A DNA stretch of 64,000 nt from the NCBI GenBank assembly GCA_001724265.1, contig MEDY01000252.1, positions 1-64,000 on the forward strand. The letters run 5' to 3'. This DNA comes from Rhizaria sp. SCN 62-66. Lineage: Eukaryota. A model generated the notes under the pieces. The model saw only the letters and a list, made by a program, of their open reading frames with translations, was not told the origin of the DNA and ran no database searches. The translations under genes and the position numbers were made by a program. Each line of letters opens with the position of its first letter. The stretch's first letter is position 1. Shown here one piece after another: positions 12,639 to 25,477 of the stretch.

Positions 12639-15600
12639 TTAGTTGAAATGCTTGGCATTGTTAGTAGGTGCAATCCTACAGGTATTCGCAAACTCGACCG
12701 AGTCGAGGTACTGCGTCAGCGCGCTGGGGTTCTTCACTGCATTCTCGTGTACGAACTCCCACACTTGGGTCATGGCGCCGGCTCCGTAGCGTGCCACAAC
12801 CGCGGCCACGCGCGCGGCGCGCCGCTGGCGCTGCAGCGCCTCGAGTTCGCGGTCCGACACGAAGGCGCGGCGGAGCGCGTTGTTGCCCACGCGCGCGGGG
12901 TTATGGGTGCAGCTGACGACGTGCGCGCGGATGCACGCGTCAGCGGGGGCGCTGTAGCCAAAACAGCAGGCGCACATTACGTGCTTGCACGCCGTGCAGT
13001 CCACCTCGGCACGCGCCACGAGCGTCGACACAGCGGCGCGGCAGTGCGGGCAGCGGTCTGGAAGGGCTTCGCGCAGTGCCGTGAAGACCTCTAGATTGTC
13101 CTTTACCACTGCTGAGACGTTGGCGCGATCCGCTTGGTCTGGCAGTTGGTGCACGCCGAGACACGTTGTGCACGAAAACTCAACACCAGACACTTCTGTG
13201 AACATATTAACACAAGATAACAAAGCATCACGAAATAACGAAGGAGCATGAATGAGCATGGGTGACTAAAAATACATGTACGTGTACACAAAAAGCAGCT
13301 TGATAAACAATGGATCGATAATTGGGCATCATAATGTTGGTTGGCAACGTACCGTCAACGCGGAGCATGTGCGGACGCTGAATCTCCATGCAGTAGCGCG
13401 TCGGGCAACGGTAAAGAGTTCCCTTTTTCTGTTTGTCAAAAAAATCCCAGACATATTCCAGGTAAAGTGTGCGCAGAACATCCGGCATGATGCCCTCAAT
13501 TGGGATGTCACATAGAGACATATCTGATGTCACGTCCTCGTCTGCACAAGCAGGGCAGCGAAAGCCTGTAACACGGCACCGCTCCAGCAGGACTGATAGA
13601 CAGTCGGTGCACGTCATGTGGCAGCACTTGATCATGACGATTCCAGCGTCAGCACGGGTGAGCGCGCGGTGGCAATGCCAGCAAGCTGGGCCGGCGTTGC
13701 GCGCCACTCCAAGCTCCTCCTTGGTGCGCAGCAGATGCGGGCGGCGCAGCGTCGTTTGGAACCGGGCGACTGCTTCTGCAGAGCCTGCAACAGTCGCGAT
13801 GAGCTGTGCGGGTGTGAAATGCAATGCGCCAACAGTAACACCAAGATCCCGCGCAAGGCGAAGAACATCCGCTGGAGGCGCGTGGGGTTGAAGGTACATC
13901 ACGGTGTCAATTTCCGTCCATGCGCCTAGCTCGGCCTCAAGCTCGTTAAGGGCCGCCAAAACCTCAGAAAGCCTATCAGGTGCGCAAAACACGTCAACGG
14001 CGCGCTCTTCCTCGCGCAGGCCAAGCCACGTGGGCACACCTTGAGGTGCTTTCATCTTGTTGCTGATGGGAGTAGATTTGCCGTAAAACGAGTTTATGAC
14101 AGCTTGCAACTTACGGAGACCACCTGCGGTTCGGACGCACTTGAACGAGTGCTCCGAGAGCTGGAACCGATGCACAACGAGAAGTTCGTCAACCAACGCG
14201 CGTGCGCGGCGAATTTCGTCTTCGCTTGGAGAGGACATTGCGAGCTCATAGCGACCGCCGTAGGGTTGGCCGTTGACATCCTCGCGTGTGATGGCAATGT
14301 GGTTGCTCTCGCAAAGGCTGACTAACGCAGAGATAAGGTTGGAAGCGATTGCATTGCCAATGTCGGAAGGAAAGTAGAAGCGAACCGAGTGCATAGTCTT
14401 GATCTCAAACTCTTGGGCGCTATGCTCGGGCTGAGGCATCACATTGAAGTCTGCGTAGACTTTGATTTCATTTGGCTTGCGGCGGGGAGACAGAACCATT
14501 CCTGGCTTGTATAAGTTGCTTTCAAATTTTTTAAGCGCAGGATGAAGAGACCTTGAGTCCTTATATGCACAGCGGTACTAAACGCGGAAGAAAGAGAGTT
14601 GCCGAGTCCAAACACCTTGCACGTATCGCTTGTCGTTGGAAAAATCAAGCAGTTGCTTGCTGTGGCTCTGCATCTTATACTTAGCATCAGCAATGTTTGT
14701 CTGAAGTTTTACGCGGATTTGTTCATCACTTGTAACGCGATAGTAGTCCCTGAGCATGTCGAATGCATTTTGCGCACTCTCAACAGACTTGAACATAACA
14801 GTTACGTCGTACCGCTTCTCTGGCTCACTGTTTTGCTTTGCCTCCTCCAAGCTCAGAGCAATAGCCCGTGCTAAGTCATCATCAATGTCCCCACCGGCCA
14901 TTGGAGGTCCCGCTTTAGCGGCATTAACGACCGGTGCATTGATCTGCTGCTCGGGATGAACATCTGCGATTGCATCATCTTCGTCATCATCACTGTCATC
15001 ATCAGCGTCATCTTCGCTCTCAGAAGTACTGCTATTGTCCACGCCCTCAGGGGTGTGCTGTTTAGCTTTCCGCCTGCGCAGCTGGCATGCTTTAACGCGC
15101 GCGCAAGGGGCCGCGGGTGTTACTTCCTTAATGGTAATGTGTGCTACAGCAGACTCCAGGCCAAGTTCAGAGATGAACAGCTTGATAAACAAGTCCTCAG
15201 AGCGAGCGAACCGCTCAGGCACATTACTCAGTACCACTGTCGTTTTTTCTCCCGCACATGCCACATCGTTAACTGCCATGCCTTCGCCGCAAAGTGCAAC
15301 GCTGTTGACAGTCATGCCAAACTGTAAAACGTCCGTGAGGCACACCAAGGCAGCATGTTCGGCAAATTTCAGTAAGGTGTTAAGTGCACGACTACGGACC
15401 TTTGTGTCGGTGTGAAGAACGCAAACTCCTTCTGCGTCAAGCTTAAGCGTACAGCCAACCTCCGTGCTTAACTTTGTCACTGATTCCTCATCAGGAAATA
15501 GATGCGCTAAGATACCAGGCTGCATTGGTGCAAATGCTGCTTCGCCACGCGACCGCTTGCTCTGCACATTGTTGACCATGGGCAGCGACAGCGCGGGCGG

Positions 15601-18463
15601 CGACAGCAGCCACTGACCGCCCACGCCCACGGCTCCCATGTTGTACACAGCGGTGGCCTTTGCGGCGAGAGGGGCACCGACAAGGCCGGGCACGTGTGGG
15701 CGCGCGTCGAGGAACATCGCGTGAGTTGTGGGGTCAACAAACGACGCGTGAGTGGCGGTAGGGGCATCTGGGCCGGTGAACACAGTCTCGAACCGATGGA
15801 TCAGGCGCGGGCGGAAGACCTCGAGCACGCTGTGGTGCATCAGCTCGCCCATGGTCGTCTCGCACGCAATCGAGTTCATTGCAATTGGGCGCTTTAGCGC
15901 CTTAACAACGCTGAGAACCCGCTCGTTGGTGTTACCGTTTGCCGCAAAGTTTGACGCAAAAAAGCCATTCATAGCGTTTAGCAACGATGTAAGCCAAGCA
16001 TCGGCAGCGAGCATATAGGCCTGCGAAAGCCCAGTGTCGTCGCACACATACTGCCGCGCCTGCGGGCTGCGGTCACTCTGCCAGGCCGCAATGGCGCGCA
16101 CGCACGCGTCGAGAGGGACACACGCGGCGCGGTTGTTGGCAGTTATCTTGGTTTTGGCACCGTCCTTGTCACCAACTGTCGACACGCTAGGCATTGGTCG
16201 CGACGGCATTACAGCTGATTCCTTGTCGACATCGTTGTTATCAGCTACAAGCTGCGATGAGAGCTTTGTGCCGCTGGAAAACGGCGCTGAAAGCGGGCTG
16301 GATAGTGCGGCAAACTGCATCGCAACTGCCACATACAGCCCGACAGGCGTGCGCGTTGCGAGCGCGCCATTGACTATGAGTGCAGCGTGTTCCGGTGCAA
16401 GACCAAGAGCTAGGCTTAGCTTCGCTGTTAGTGCATGTGATGCGCTACTGCGCACGCGCTGTGCGTCGGTTGACACCAGCCTGTTCAGCTCCGTGCGCGC
16501 AGCAGCAATGTCAGCATCGGTGGGCTGATGCAGCCAGTTATAAGTCTCGGCATTAATGCCGACAGACTCTAATGCAAGCAGTGCAAGTTGCAGCGCAGCA
16601 CCCTGCGGCGGAAGGCGCACGTGCTCACCATTTGCCTTCAACATCCTAAGATTATTATCACTAGTATGAATAATCGTGTTCACGCGCTTCGTGTGGTCCC
16701 TTATGCTGCTAATGAGCAGGTGTTCTTGGTGGCTATATATCGCGAGCGTTGGCGCGCCCGCTGACTGGAGCTGAACGCCGTTGGCAACATCCAGACGGCG
16801 ATGCACCTCGAGAAACGGATTGATTGTGCTGGCAACGTTGTGAAAGCGCAGCAGCGACGCAGCGAGTGGTGAAGCCAGGAACACGATGTGGTGGTTTCGA
16901 GACGAGCGGCACGTGACAACATGTGTCTTGTGGTTGCCATAAACCTCCCGCTAAGCAGCAACATCTGCGTCCTCGTTGTTTGCGGGAGCGTCATCAGCAG
17001 AGATGCCCGCCACTGAGCTGATCCCAACAACAGTGCGCAGCACCGCGTCCTCGTCGGTGAGTGCGACGACCTCAAACGTATCACCCTTGGGCATGGCTTG
17101 CTTGATTGACGGCCGCGCTAGCGCGCGCTGGGTGGACTAGACGGCCTCGCTGGAGGGTAAAAACACGAGCAGGTTGTGGGTAGGGGGCGGCACTCCGGCC
17201 GCGCGTAGCCACGCGTTGACCGCGTTCGCGGTCGACATTGACACGGTGCGTTGCGACGTGGGCTGGGTCATCACGCCGCGCCGAACAGGCATGTGATACA
17301 AGTTAAACTTGTGCGTTGGTGTTTGGAACACCACTTTTGCTGGCTTACCGATCTCAGGAGTGGTCGAGCACCTCACAACCACTGCGTCTGCGTCCGATGA
17401 ATGTGCGATTATGACGACCTTGATGCCCGCCGCGGCCGCAGTCCGCGCAACGTAGAGCATGACATCAAGTCCCAACTCACCTTGTTGATAGCGCTCTGCG
17501 TCCGCCGCCGTGGCTCCCATGAAGTGCGACGAGTCAAGCACGAAGCAGCCCACTGTGCCGTGCGGCGCCCATTCGCCCACTTGGCCGAGGCGCGACGCGC
17601 GGCCGCGCTCGACGGACTGCCGCACAGCGGCAAAGATGTCCGCCTCGGCCGCAAACGCAATGCGCGTGTGCGGGGTTACCTCGCCCAGCCCGTGGCCCGC
17701 GGCCACGACGGTGGACTCGGCGGTAGGGTCCTGCCTGAAGCGCTGCTGTGCCACGTCGTGCAGTCCATCGAAGTCCCTGCGCAGGATGTCATAACGCTCC
17801 CCCTGCCCGAGTTTTGCAATGTAGTGCGAAGGCAAGAGGTTGCCTTTTTCAATGGCGTTGTAGAGCTGTCCGACAGTGACTGCGACGTGGTGCGCGGTGA
17901 GACGGGAGGTTTGCGAGCACAGTACTGTCTTGCCTTGGAACAATGGCAGATCCGCCAGGTACTGTGGGATCTGCGTTGTCTTACCCTGGCCTAGTCCGCC
18001 AGTAGCCTTGTCGCCTGAAACAACGACGATGTTGTTCGATTTGACGGCGGATGCAAGTTGCTCGCGCATCAGGCGCACGGCAAAAGGAGCCTTGAAAAGG
18101 AGCAGCTCGCGGCGGAACTTCACGAGCCTCTCGACCTTCTCTGCCTCATGCAGATTGGGCTTATTAGCGGCGTCAACAAAGCACAAAAAGAATTGTTGGT
18201 AGTAATTCTGAATATCAGATCGAGCATCGCCCTTGTTGTCCCTGAAAATAGGAAGGAATACGAACAAAGTGGTAATGAGTCATCGATGGGGTTGTTTGGA
18301 TTCTCAAAATTCAGGTATAATAGACGCATATCTAGACATACTTTGACAAATTAAAGTTACTAATGCCAACAGCAACATTAATTTCGTACCTATTTACCTC
18401 GCTATTGTTCGCGATGAACATAATTAGCTCCGGCACCCTCGCGAGAAGTTTCTCGGGGTTCAT
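12639..18463 (-). CDS. DEAH-box helicase-like / RRM / RBR (RING-IBR-RING) multidomain protein, architecture like plant DEAH11/12 (~1840 aa, 3 in-frame TAG)
   Basis: Exons 18463-18390, 18241-13353 and 13195-12639. Motifs GQGKTTQIPQYL, CSQTSR, VLDSSH, LLVFLP; RRM-like VVLSNVP...VMFKSVESAQNAF; RING CWHC...CCHMTCTDC...CPAC; IBR CPTRYC...CTTC; RING2 CPHC...CKHVMCACC. In-frame TAG at 17137-17139, 16951-16953 and 14578-14580. Ends TAA. Confidence 0.75.
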
Positions 18464-18967
18464 GGCAAACGTGGACTCGCCAAGTTAAGGCTCTATACAA
18501 CAAGTAAGACGAGTAGATATGAATGTAACACATGAATCGCATGTAAGAATGGCTTATTCCCGCTGATTCACAATGAATTTGGAAAGGTTTGATGTGCTAC
18601 CGCATCATGTATACTTTTCTTGTTCGCTGGGCGAACCGCCCACAAGCAGCGGCGGTCCACCAAATTGCCTGTGGTGACTGTGCTCGCTTGTCGAGTCAAA
18701 ACCTGTTTGTGGTGAGTGTGGAAAACACATTTCATATCAGTCACAAAGTATTGCTTGATCAACTCAGCAAAGATTATACTGTCTCTGGCTTTGAAAGAGA
18801 TTGTGGCGGTGAAAAGAGCGTCTTTCCTGCCGACATTCAAAGTAAAAACTTTGTATTCAAGTGAGTTGTAAGTAACGCAAGAGCAGTCGCGAAAGGGACA
18901 TGTGTCAGAACTGTCCCTTAAGCGAAGTATTTGGAGTTAATCAATAGTCAATAATAGAAAAGGCATG

Positions 18968-21789
18968 TTAACGTGTTTGTTTTGTTGCTTCAACGTCGCT
19001 GCGAACAGTAGCGCTCGACGCAGGGGTACGGAACCACCCAGTGAGCGCAAAACGGTCACTCCATGTCGGCAGCACCTCGTGTCGCGCGTACTGCGCAGGA
19101 AACAACACGAGGCGGTCGGCAAATGGAGCGACATCAACGTACTTGCCACCCCCGAGATGAACGCGTAAGTGACCGCCCTACACGACAAATATCAATCAAG
19201 TCAAACAAACAAGGTGTAAGAGGGAACAAAGTCGAGTAAAAAGGATCGAAAGTGAAACAGTTTAACCAAGAGCTAACGTCTCTCATGTCGGCGTTGTTAC
19301 CTGCGTACCTAAGGAGTGTTGAGATACCACACGAACGTGCCGACGCGCGGCCACTGCGGCGCCGTAAGCGGTGACTCGTCGATGTGAGTGATATACCGGG
19401 CGCCAGAGCCCGGGTACTTGGTCAGGATGAACTGCGTCGCTAAGGGCTACGGAGGAGCATGAACGCGGGGTCCGAGTGACAAGCGTGAAAAGTCGTCATC
19501 GGAGTCTTCGCTGCCGTCATCGGTGTCTGGGCCAAACGGAAGGCCGTGCAAGTAGGACGGAAGCTGGCCGAGACGGTAGTTGCCGTCGGCATCAAGCATG
19601 TCATCGTGCTTGGCATCCTTCGTCTATGCCCCTTTCGCTTCGGAGTCCAGCTTGGTTTTCGTTGTCGCCTTGGCGTTTGCGTTCATGCCTGCGCCAAAAG
19701 GTGGCCTTGCGTGGAAGAGGGCGATTGAACTGCGCAGCGCAACACAGACAGCATTTTCCTCATCCTCATCCCCACTCTGCGCGTCGCGTTTGCTGCGACC
19801 ACGAGCGTGCTCAAGTGTGTTTTTGTGGAGAGCGTTGGATAAAGAAGGGTGACATTGAGGCAAACATGAAAGCAAGCATGTCGTATCAATTAAAGGTTCA
19901 TGCCCGCTGATGTCATTATCATCATATGTGTTTGATTTGTGAAGATCGACTGGCATCAGCAATGATGCTAAATCGCGAGTTAGAAGCGCAGTGATCCTGT
20001 GTAACGCACCCCTTAGAGCCGGGTACGAGTAAGGCACGTAGCCCTGAGGCTCTGGCAGCGGGGGCCTCGCGCTCGCCCCACCGTCGACAGTGCCGTCGCT
20101 CTGGTAAGTGTACGTCGGAGGGCGCTTAAGAAGGCCTTTGGTCACGGGTGCAAAGTGTAGGTGTAAAGCGTCGTAGAGTGACAAGCACTCAGTTACCGTC
20201 TCTGATACCCACATATTTTCATCAAAGCTCGAACCTTCGTCAGCGTTACTCTTGGGTCGATTCTGTGTCTCACCCGTCGGGTAGAACAGCGGAGGCACAG
20301 CGCAAATGCGCGTGAATGCGAGTGCACAGAGCAGAGGGCCGCTGCCGGAAAGGAGACATGACGACAACGGAGGCGACTGTGACAATGATTGAGTGCGCTG
20401 TGACGGTGTTGAAGATGTCGCGCCAGCTGTCATCGTGGCCACAGACCAGTGAAAGCCAAATTCGCGGTCATTACTGCCACCACCAGTCGCAGAATTTGTT
20501 GAATGACTCTTATTATCGGAGTTAAAGACTGCTAAAGGTGGCAAATCAACCTCGGGATATAAGTCAGCTTTGTAATGCTTCCCAGTGCTTGTTTTCTCAG
20601 TCGCGTGCCTGCTGCGCTTTGCGCCAGCGGCGCGCGCAGTCCCACTGTGGTCCCAGTCTACGCCCGCGCACAGCGACGACAAGCGTGTCAGCGACCAGAG
20701 CAAGAAGGCCTGCCTGGGTACGACGGCCACGACTGCGTTACTCTTCGCGAGACCCTGTGCAGTCGCTGACTCTGTCTGAGTCTACGCTGAGTGCGGTTTT
20801 AGTGATAACGGCGGTAGAATGGGCAGCAGAGCCGAGAACAACGCCACAGCGCGCGCGTACGTGCCCGTCGCGCTCCACATCGCGTTGCGCTGCGCGGTCA
20901 CCCTGTTCACGGTCGCTTTATCGGTCTTCACAGCCGCGTTGTTCTTTGGCCTGTCACTGCGGGGCGCACTGCTGCTGCTGCTGCTGCTGCTGGTGGTGGT
21001 GGTGGTGGTGGTGCTGCTGCTGCTGCTGCGGCAAAACGCCCCGTTAGGCGGCGGCAGTAACACCTCCGCAGCGAGCTTGCTCTCGGCCGCGATCGTCTCG
21101 ATCTCGTTTTGAGTGAGACTCAACGTCAGCGCTCGGTCCCCCCGCACCGCCGCCACGGCGCCCAGCGCGGTGACCGTAGGCGCGAGCAGGAAGTTAAGCC
21201 GCGCGTCGATGTGGCGCGCCTCGAGCCGCAGCAGCGCGGAGTAGTGCGGCGTCGTAAACGGGGACTGGACGAAGAGACCGCGGGAGAGGAACGTGCCCGC
21301 CTTGCGCTGCGTGTGCGGGTGCGTGTGTGAGTCAGAAGCACGGTCGTGGGCACTGCTGTCCTCGGAGTCATCATGATTATCGCTTGCGCCGGCAGAAGCG
21401 ACGCCGACGCTCTCGTGCGCGCGTTTTGGCGCTGTTGCGTAGACATCGAGCGGGGTTTGTGGCGCCGCGAGCGGCAACGCCGGGAGGTACAGCGAGTTCA
21501 GCGCGAGCGTCTCCTCCACCGGCGTCGGCAGCGAGGCCTTCGAGATGATGTCGGTCGCGAACGCGGCGGCCGAGGCGTAGTCGACCATCAGGGTCGCTGC
21601 AGCGCGACGGGTCTGGCAGACTGCGCCGCACGTATCGTGGTTGTCAGCGGCTGTGGCGGGCGCGGGGTCAGCTGCACCGCTTTGGGGAGTGACTGTGGGC
21701 ACGTGACTTGATGCTGCTGATGCGAGGCACATAGCAATGAGAAGCAACAAAGCCACGTAGATAGAGCATTGATGCATAGGTCCGCTCAT
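18968..21789 (-). CDS. Signal-peptide-bearing protein with a C-terminal EGLN/PHD-like 2OG-Fe(II) prolyl-hydroxylase domain (~900 aa, 4 in-frame TAG)
   Basis: Exons 21789-19309 and 19177-18968. C-terminus reads TKYPGSGARYITHIDE...VWYLNTP*GGHLRVH...DVAPFADRLVLF...HEVLPTWSDRFALTGWF, with the HxD...H triad and the 2OG-binding Arg as in EGLN1. TAG at 20782-20784, 19624-19626, 19447-19449 and 19309-19311. Hydrophobic N-terminus IYVALLLLIAMCLASA. Ends TAA. Confidence 0.8.
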
Positions 21790-22042
21790 GGGACAGCCCA
21801 AAGCCGTCGTGATTAAATCCTGATAGCGCCTCTATCAAGTGGTAACCAAGCTTAAAGACAAGTCTGTGGATTAGGGTTCCGAAAGCAGAGTGACGAGAGC
21901 TGAAGAGTGTAAGATTATTGAATCTGTACGTTACAGTGACCGTTATTTCTTTTATAAAAAGGACGTAATAATAACTCGAGTACTGTTATTATTTCTACAT
22001 AATAATACTACTGGTTAAGCTCGTTAACCCCACAAACTCACC

Positions 22043-25000
22043 ATGGATACTATCAAGGTTCGTTCACTCGCGCGCAGCGCCTGACCCACAGTCCCCACAT
22101 CATATTATAGCTTCATATATTGACTGTTTATCAATATCATATCAATGCTCACACGGATCTCACATTGCTGTACTCCTTACTTGCACGGATTTTGTAGCGC
22201 GCGGTGGACTTGATCCTCGCTGTCGACCCGGATGCAACCCCGTACAAGTCGAAGTACGCCGCTCGCGAGATCCTCGTACGTCTCAGTCGCTACACGAGCT
22301 CAAAATCTATCCAAAACAAGATATCACGAACTCTATATGTGTCTTTTGATTTACTATAACGATATGCTTGACTCAACATTCTTCGACCTCGATATTTTGC
22401 GCTCTACTCTTTCCCGTCAGCTCACGGCGACGGCTGCGCTCGCGAAGCTTCCAGCCCCGGCCACGCCCGCGCTACGCACCGAGCTCTCGCTCTACCGCGG
22501 CTGCCTGCTGCGCCTGCTTGCGCAGACGTACTTGGACACCGAGGAGCTCTCCGCGGGCGACACGCACGCCCGCCGCGCGTTGCCGCACCTCGCCGCGGCC
22601 CCGCTCTCGGCCGCGGTCCAACTCTGCGACCTGTGGAACCAGCTTGCGGCGTTGTCGGCGCGGCACGGCGCCAGCGGGATGCGCCGCGCGCGGGCCGTGC
22701 TGCAGCGCGCGTTGGTGCTGGGCGCCGCGCTGGGCGTCGAGCGCGCGCCCCGCCAGGCCGCCGCCGAGAGGCGCGGCGCCGCCGTCGCCGCGGCGCGTAA
22801 CAAGCGCAAACAAACACCGATGCAGCAGAGCAACAATGGCAAGACTGGTGATATCGCTGCTGCTGGTGACAGTGAGAGCACGCCTGAGACGGCGACCGTG
22901 CAGGCTGACGCTGGTGCTGAAGCCGAGGTCAAGCCTGAGCCGGAGGTTAGCGCTGACAGCAAGGCCGAGGCCAAGACGGTGTCTGAGCCCCAGGACAGCG
23001 CCGCCGAAGTTAAGCCGCCGACGCTGTCCCGTCGCCTCGCGCTGGCCCTAGCGCGCGCGTTGCCGCTGTTTACGCTGACCCCGGTCTCGTACCCGCTATC
23101 ACTGGCGGCCGACAGCAAGACGAACAGCAAGGCTGAGACCGTGAACACCAGCTCCTCATCTTCCGAGACGACTGAGACTGCGGCTGAGAACGAGAGCGAG
23201 GATACCGAGTGCAAGTGGGAGAAGCAGGGCCGCGCGATGGCGATCTCGCAAGACCTCACCAACTTTCTCTTCGCCCACGCGCCCTCGCTCTTCTCTGCCA
23301 CAAGTTCTGACTCGGACGCTACCAAAGCTCCTACTGATGGTGCGAGCGCTGCGAGTGCACCCGTGGCGTTCGCGTGGTCGCCGATGGACGCGGTGCTGCT
23401 GGGCTGCGCGCGCGCCGACGCCCAGGCCGACACGCACGCCATCACACTCTTCTCGCTCGCGCAGGTCTACACGCTGTGGGGCGCTCCCGCACGCGGCGCG
23501 AGCTACTGTCGCCAGACGCTTGCGCTGCAGCTCACGCTCGGCACGCTCACCGCGGAGCTCGAGTCCCAGTCCTCGTCCTCCAGTGCAAGCAACGGCAAGT
23601 GCGCCAGCGAGACCGCGCTCGTGGGCGACATCGACACGAGCGGGATGAGCGAGGAGGAGGCCGAGGCGATGCGGCTGCGCGTGATTGCTGCGCGCGAACA
23701 GGGCGCCCCTCAGTGGGCCGCCGAGGCCGCCGCCGCGAGCGGGGCCACCGCGGGCATCGCAGTCACTTTGAACAGCAGCGATCCTGGCGGCATCAACGCT
23801 GACGCGACGAGCAATGCCGAGAGCAAGTCTACCTCCGATGCGGCCGTAGTGCTGTCGCCGACGTTCGACGCGTTTGAGTGGGCGCGCAACGCGATGCGGT
23901 TGTCGTCTTTCTTCACCGCGCGCGACCTCTTCGCCAACGCCGACGAGTGCCTGCGCGGCGCAAAGACCGTGGCAACTGCCGCCGTGGCCGCCGCGCGCGC
24001 CGCCGCCCGCGCCCGCGGCGGGGATGCCGCCGCTGCGGCGGTGGAGCTGAGCGACGGCGAGCTGCAGACGCTGGCCGACATCGACCGCGCGCGCGCTGTG
24101 CTGATGTTGGCGTACATGCGCTCCTCGGCCGAGCGCGCCGCCGCCGCAGTGGCTGCGTTCGCACCGCACTCGAGCGACGGCGGCGACGACGACGATGAGG
24201 ACGACGAGGAGGAGCGTGAGCGCGCCAAGGCCATTTGCGACCGCGACCCGTACGCTGAGTCGATGCTGGAGCTGCTGTCGGAGCTGCCGCCGCTGCCGCT
24301 CGAGGCCGGCGAGATCGCCGAGGAGGATGTCATCCCTCTCGACGACGAGTGGCTCGCTTCCTCAACCGTCACCACCGCTTCGACTGCAGGGACTGGCGCA
24401 GCGGCTGATGCCGGTTCTAGCGCCTCTGCCTCCGTCCCCGACCCGTTCGAAGCGATCTGGCGCAGCGCGTCGGCGCTGGACCGCTTCGAGTCTGCTCGGC
24501 TGGCGCTTGCAGCACAGGGCGAGGCCGTCAACAGTGCCGACGAGGCCGGCGGCTGGTTCCCCGAGCTGCAGCCCTCGATCGGGCGCGCGCGCGTTTTCGC
24601 GCCTCTGGCTACCGTGGGCGCGGCACGCGCGGCGTTCCGCGAAGGTCTGGCGGCGGCGGAGAGCGCGGCCAAGTACTACGTGCTGGACGGGTTCGTGACG
24701 GACCACATCGAGATCACGCAGGAGACGTCAGCGCTGTGGAAGGCGCTGGCGCGGTGGGAGGACGACGACGCGGCGACGCTCGCCAAGATCGCTAAGCGGC
24801 GCATCGAGCTGCTGGAGCCCATCGTTAAGGTGCTGAACAGCAAGGCGTACCGCAACCAGTACCTGGACCTCACCATGGAGCTGGGGCTCACCCACCTGAC
24901 GATGGCAGACGCCAAGGCGACGCAGCTCGCGGTCGTGGCCAAGGAACTGGAGCTGCCGCCGAAGAACAACCCCGACGGCTCTGCGGGGCGGCACGACGCG

Positions 25001-25477
25001 GCCAAGGTGTCCGCGCACGTACAGGCCACGGTCAAGATGAACGCGCTGCTGCTCAAGTCGGCGCAGTGGTTCGGCGTGTGGTTCAACACCGTCGCGTCGG
25101 GGCTGCCGCACTTCGACCCCCGGCTGTTCCCCAGCAACAACTGCGTGCCGGCGCTGGCCGTGCGCGCGAGTTGGCCCGTGCCCGTGCTTAAGGGCGACGA
25201 TAACGCGCCATACCGCGTCGCGTACATCACCAACGCGCTGCACGGCGCGCGCGCCTTCTCGCGCATCGTGGCGCACGACGCCGAGACGCAGCTCAAGGCA
25301 CTCACGCAGTCGGCGTCCTTCTACGCGCTCGTGGGGGACTTCGCGGCCGCGAACAAGGGCGAGATCGAGAGCGAGTGTCCGCGCGAGATTGAGGTGGCGC
25401 GCGAGATGCTGTCGCTCATGCAGCGGCGGATCGCGATGGTGCGCGCAAAGGGCATGGACGCGGTGAAGCGCAAGTGA
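22043..25477 (+). CDS. KIFBP: KIF-binding protein (KBP/KIAA1279 family)
   Basis: Exons 22043-22057, 22198-22275 and 22421-25477. DPDATPYKSKYAAREIL and YVLDGFVTDHIEITQETSALWKAL...KRRIELLEP match conserved KBP N- and C-terminal blocks. Ends TGA. Confidence 0.85.

Noticed and set aside
18486-18488. In-frame TAA upstream of helicase exon 1, suggesting UAA is also reassigned
   Set aside because: An ATG in good context (GCCATG, 18463) lies downstream, so the TAA is most simply in the 5' UTR. TAA ends 11 genes in this window.
18893-18919. 8-bp hairpin AAGGGACA/TGTCCCTT downstream of the hydroxylase stop
   Set aside because: Single short stem, compatible with chance. No similar element seen near other TAG-containing genes.
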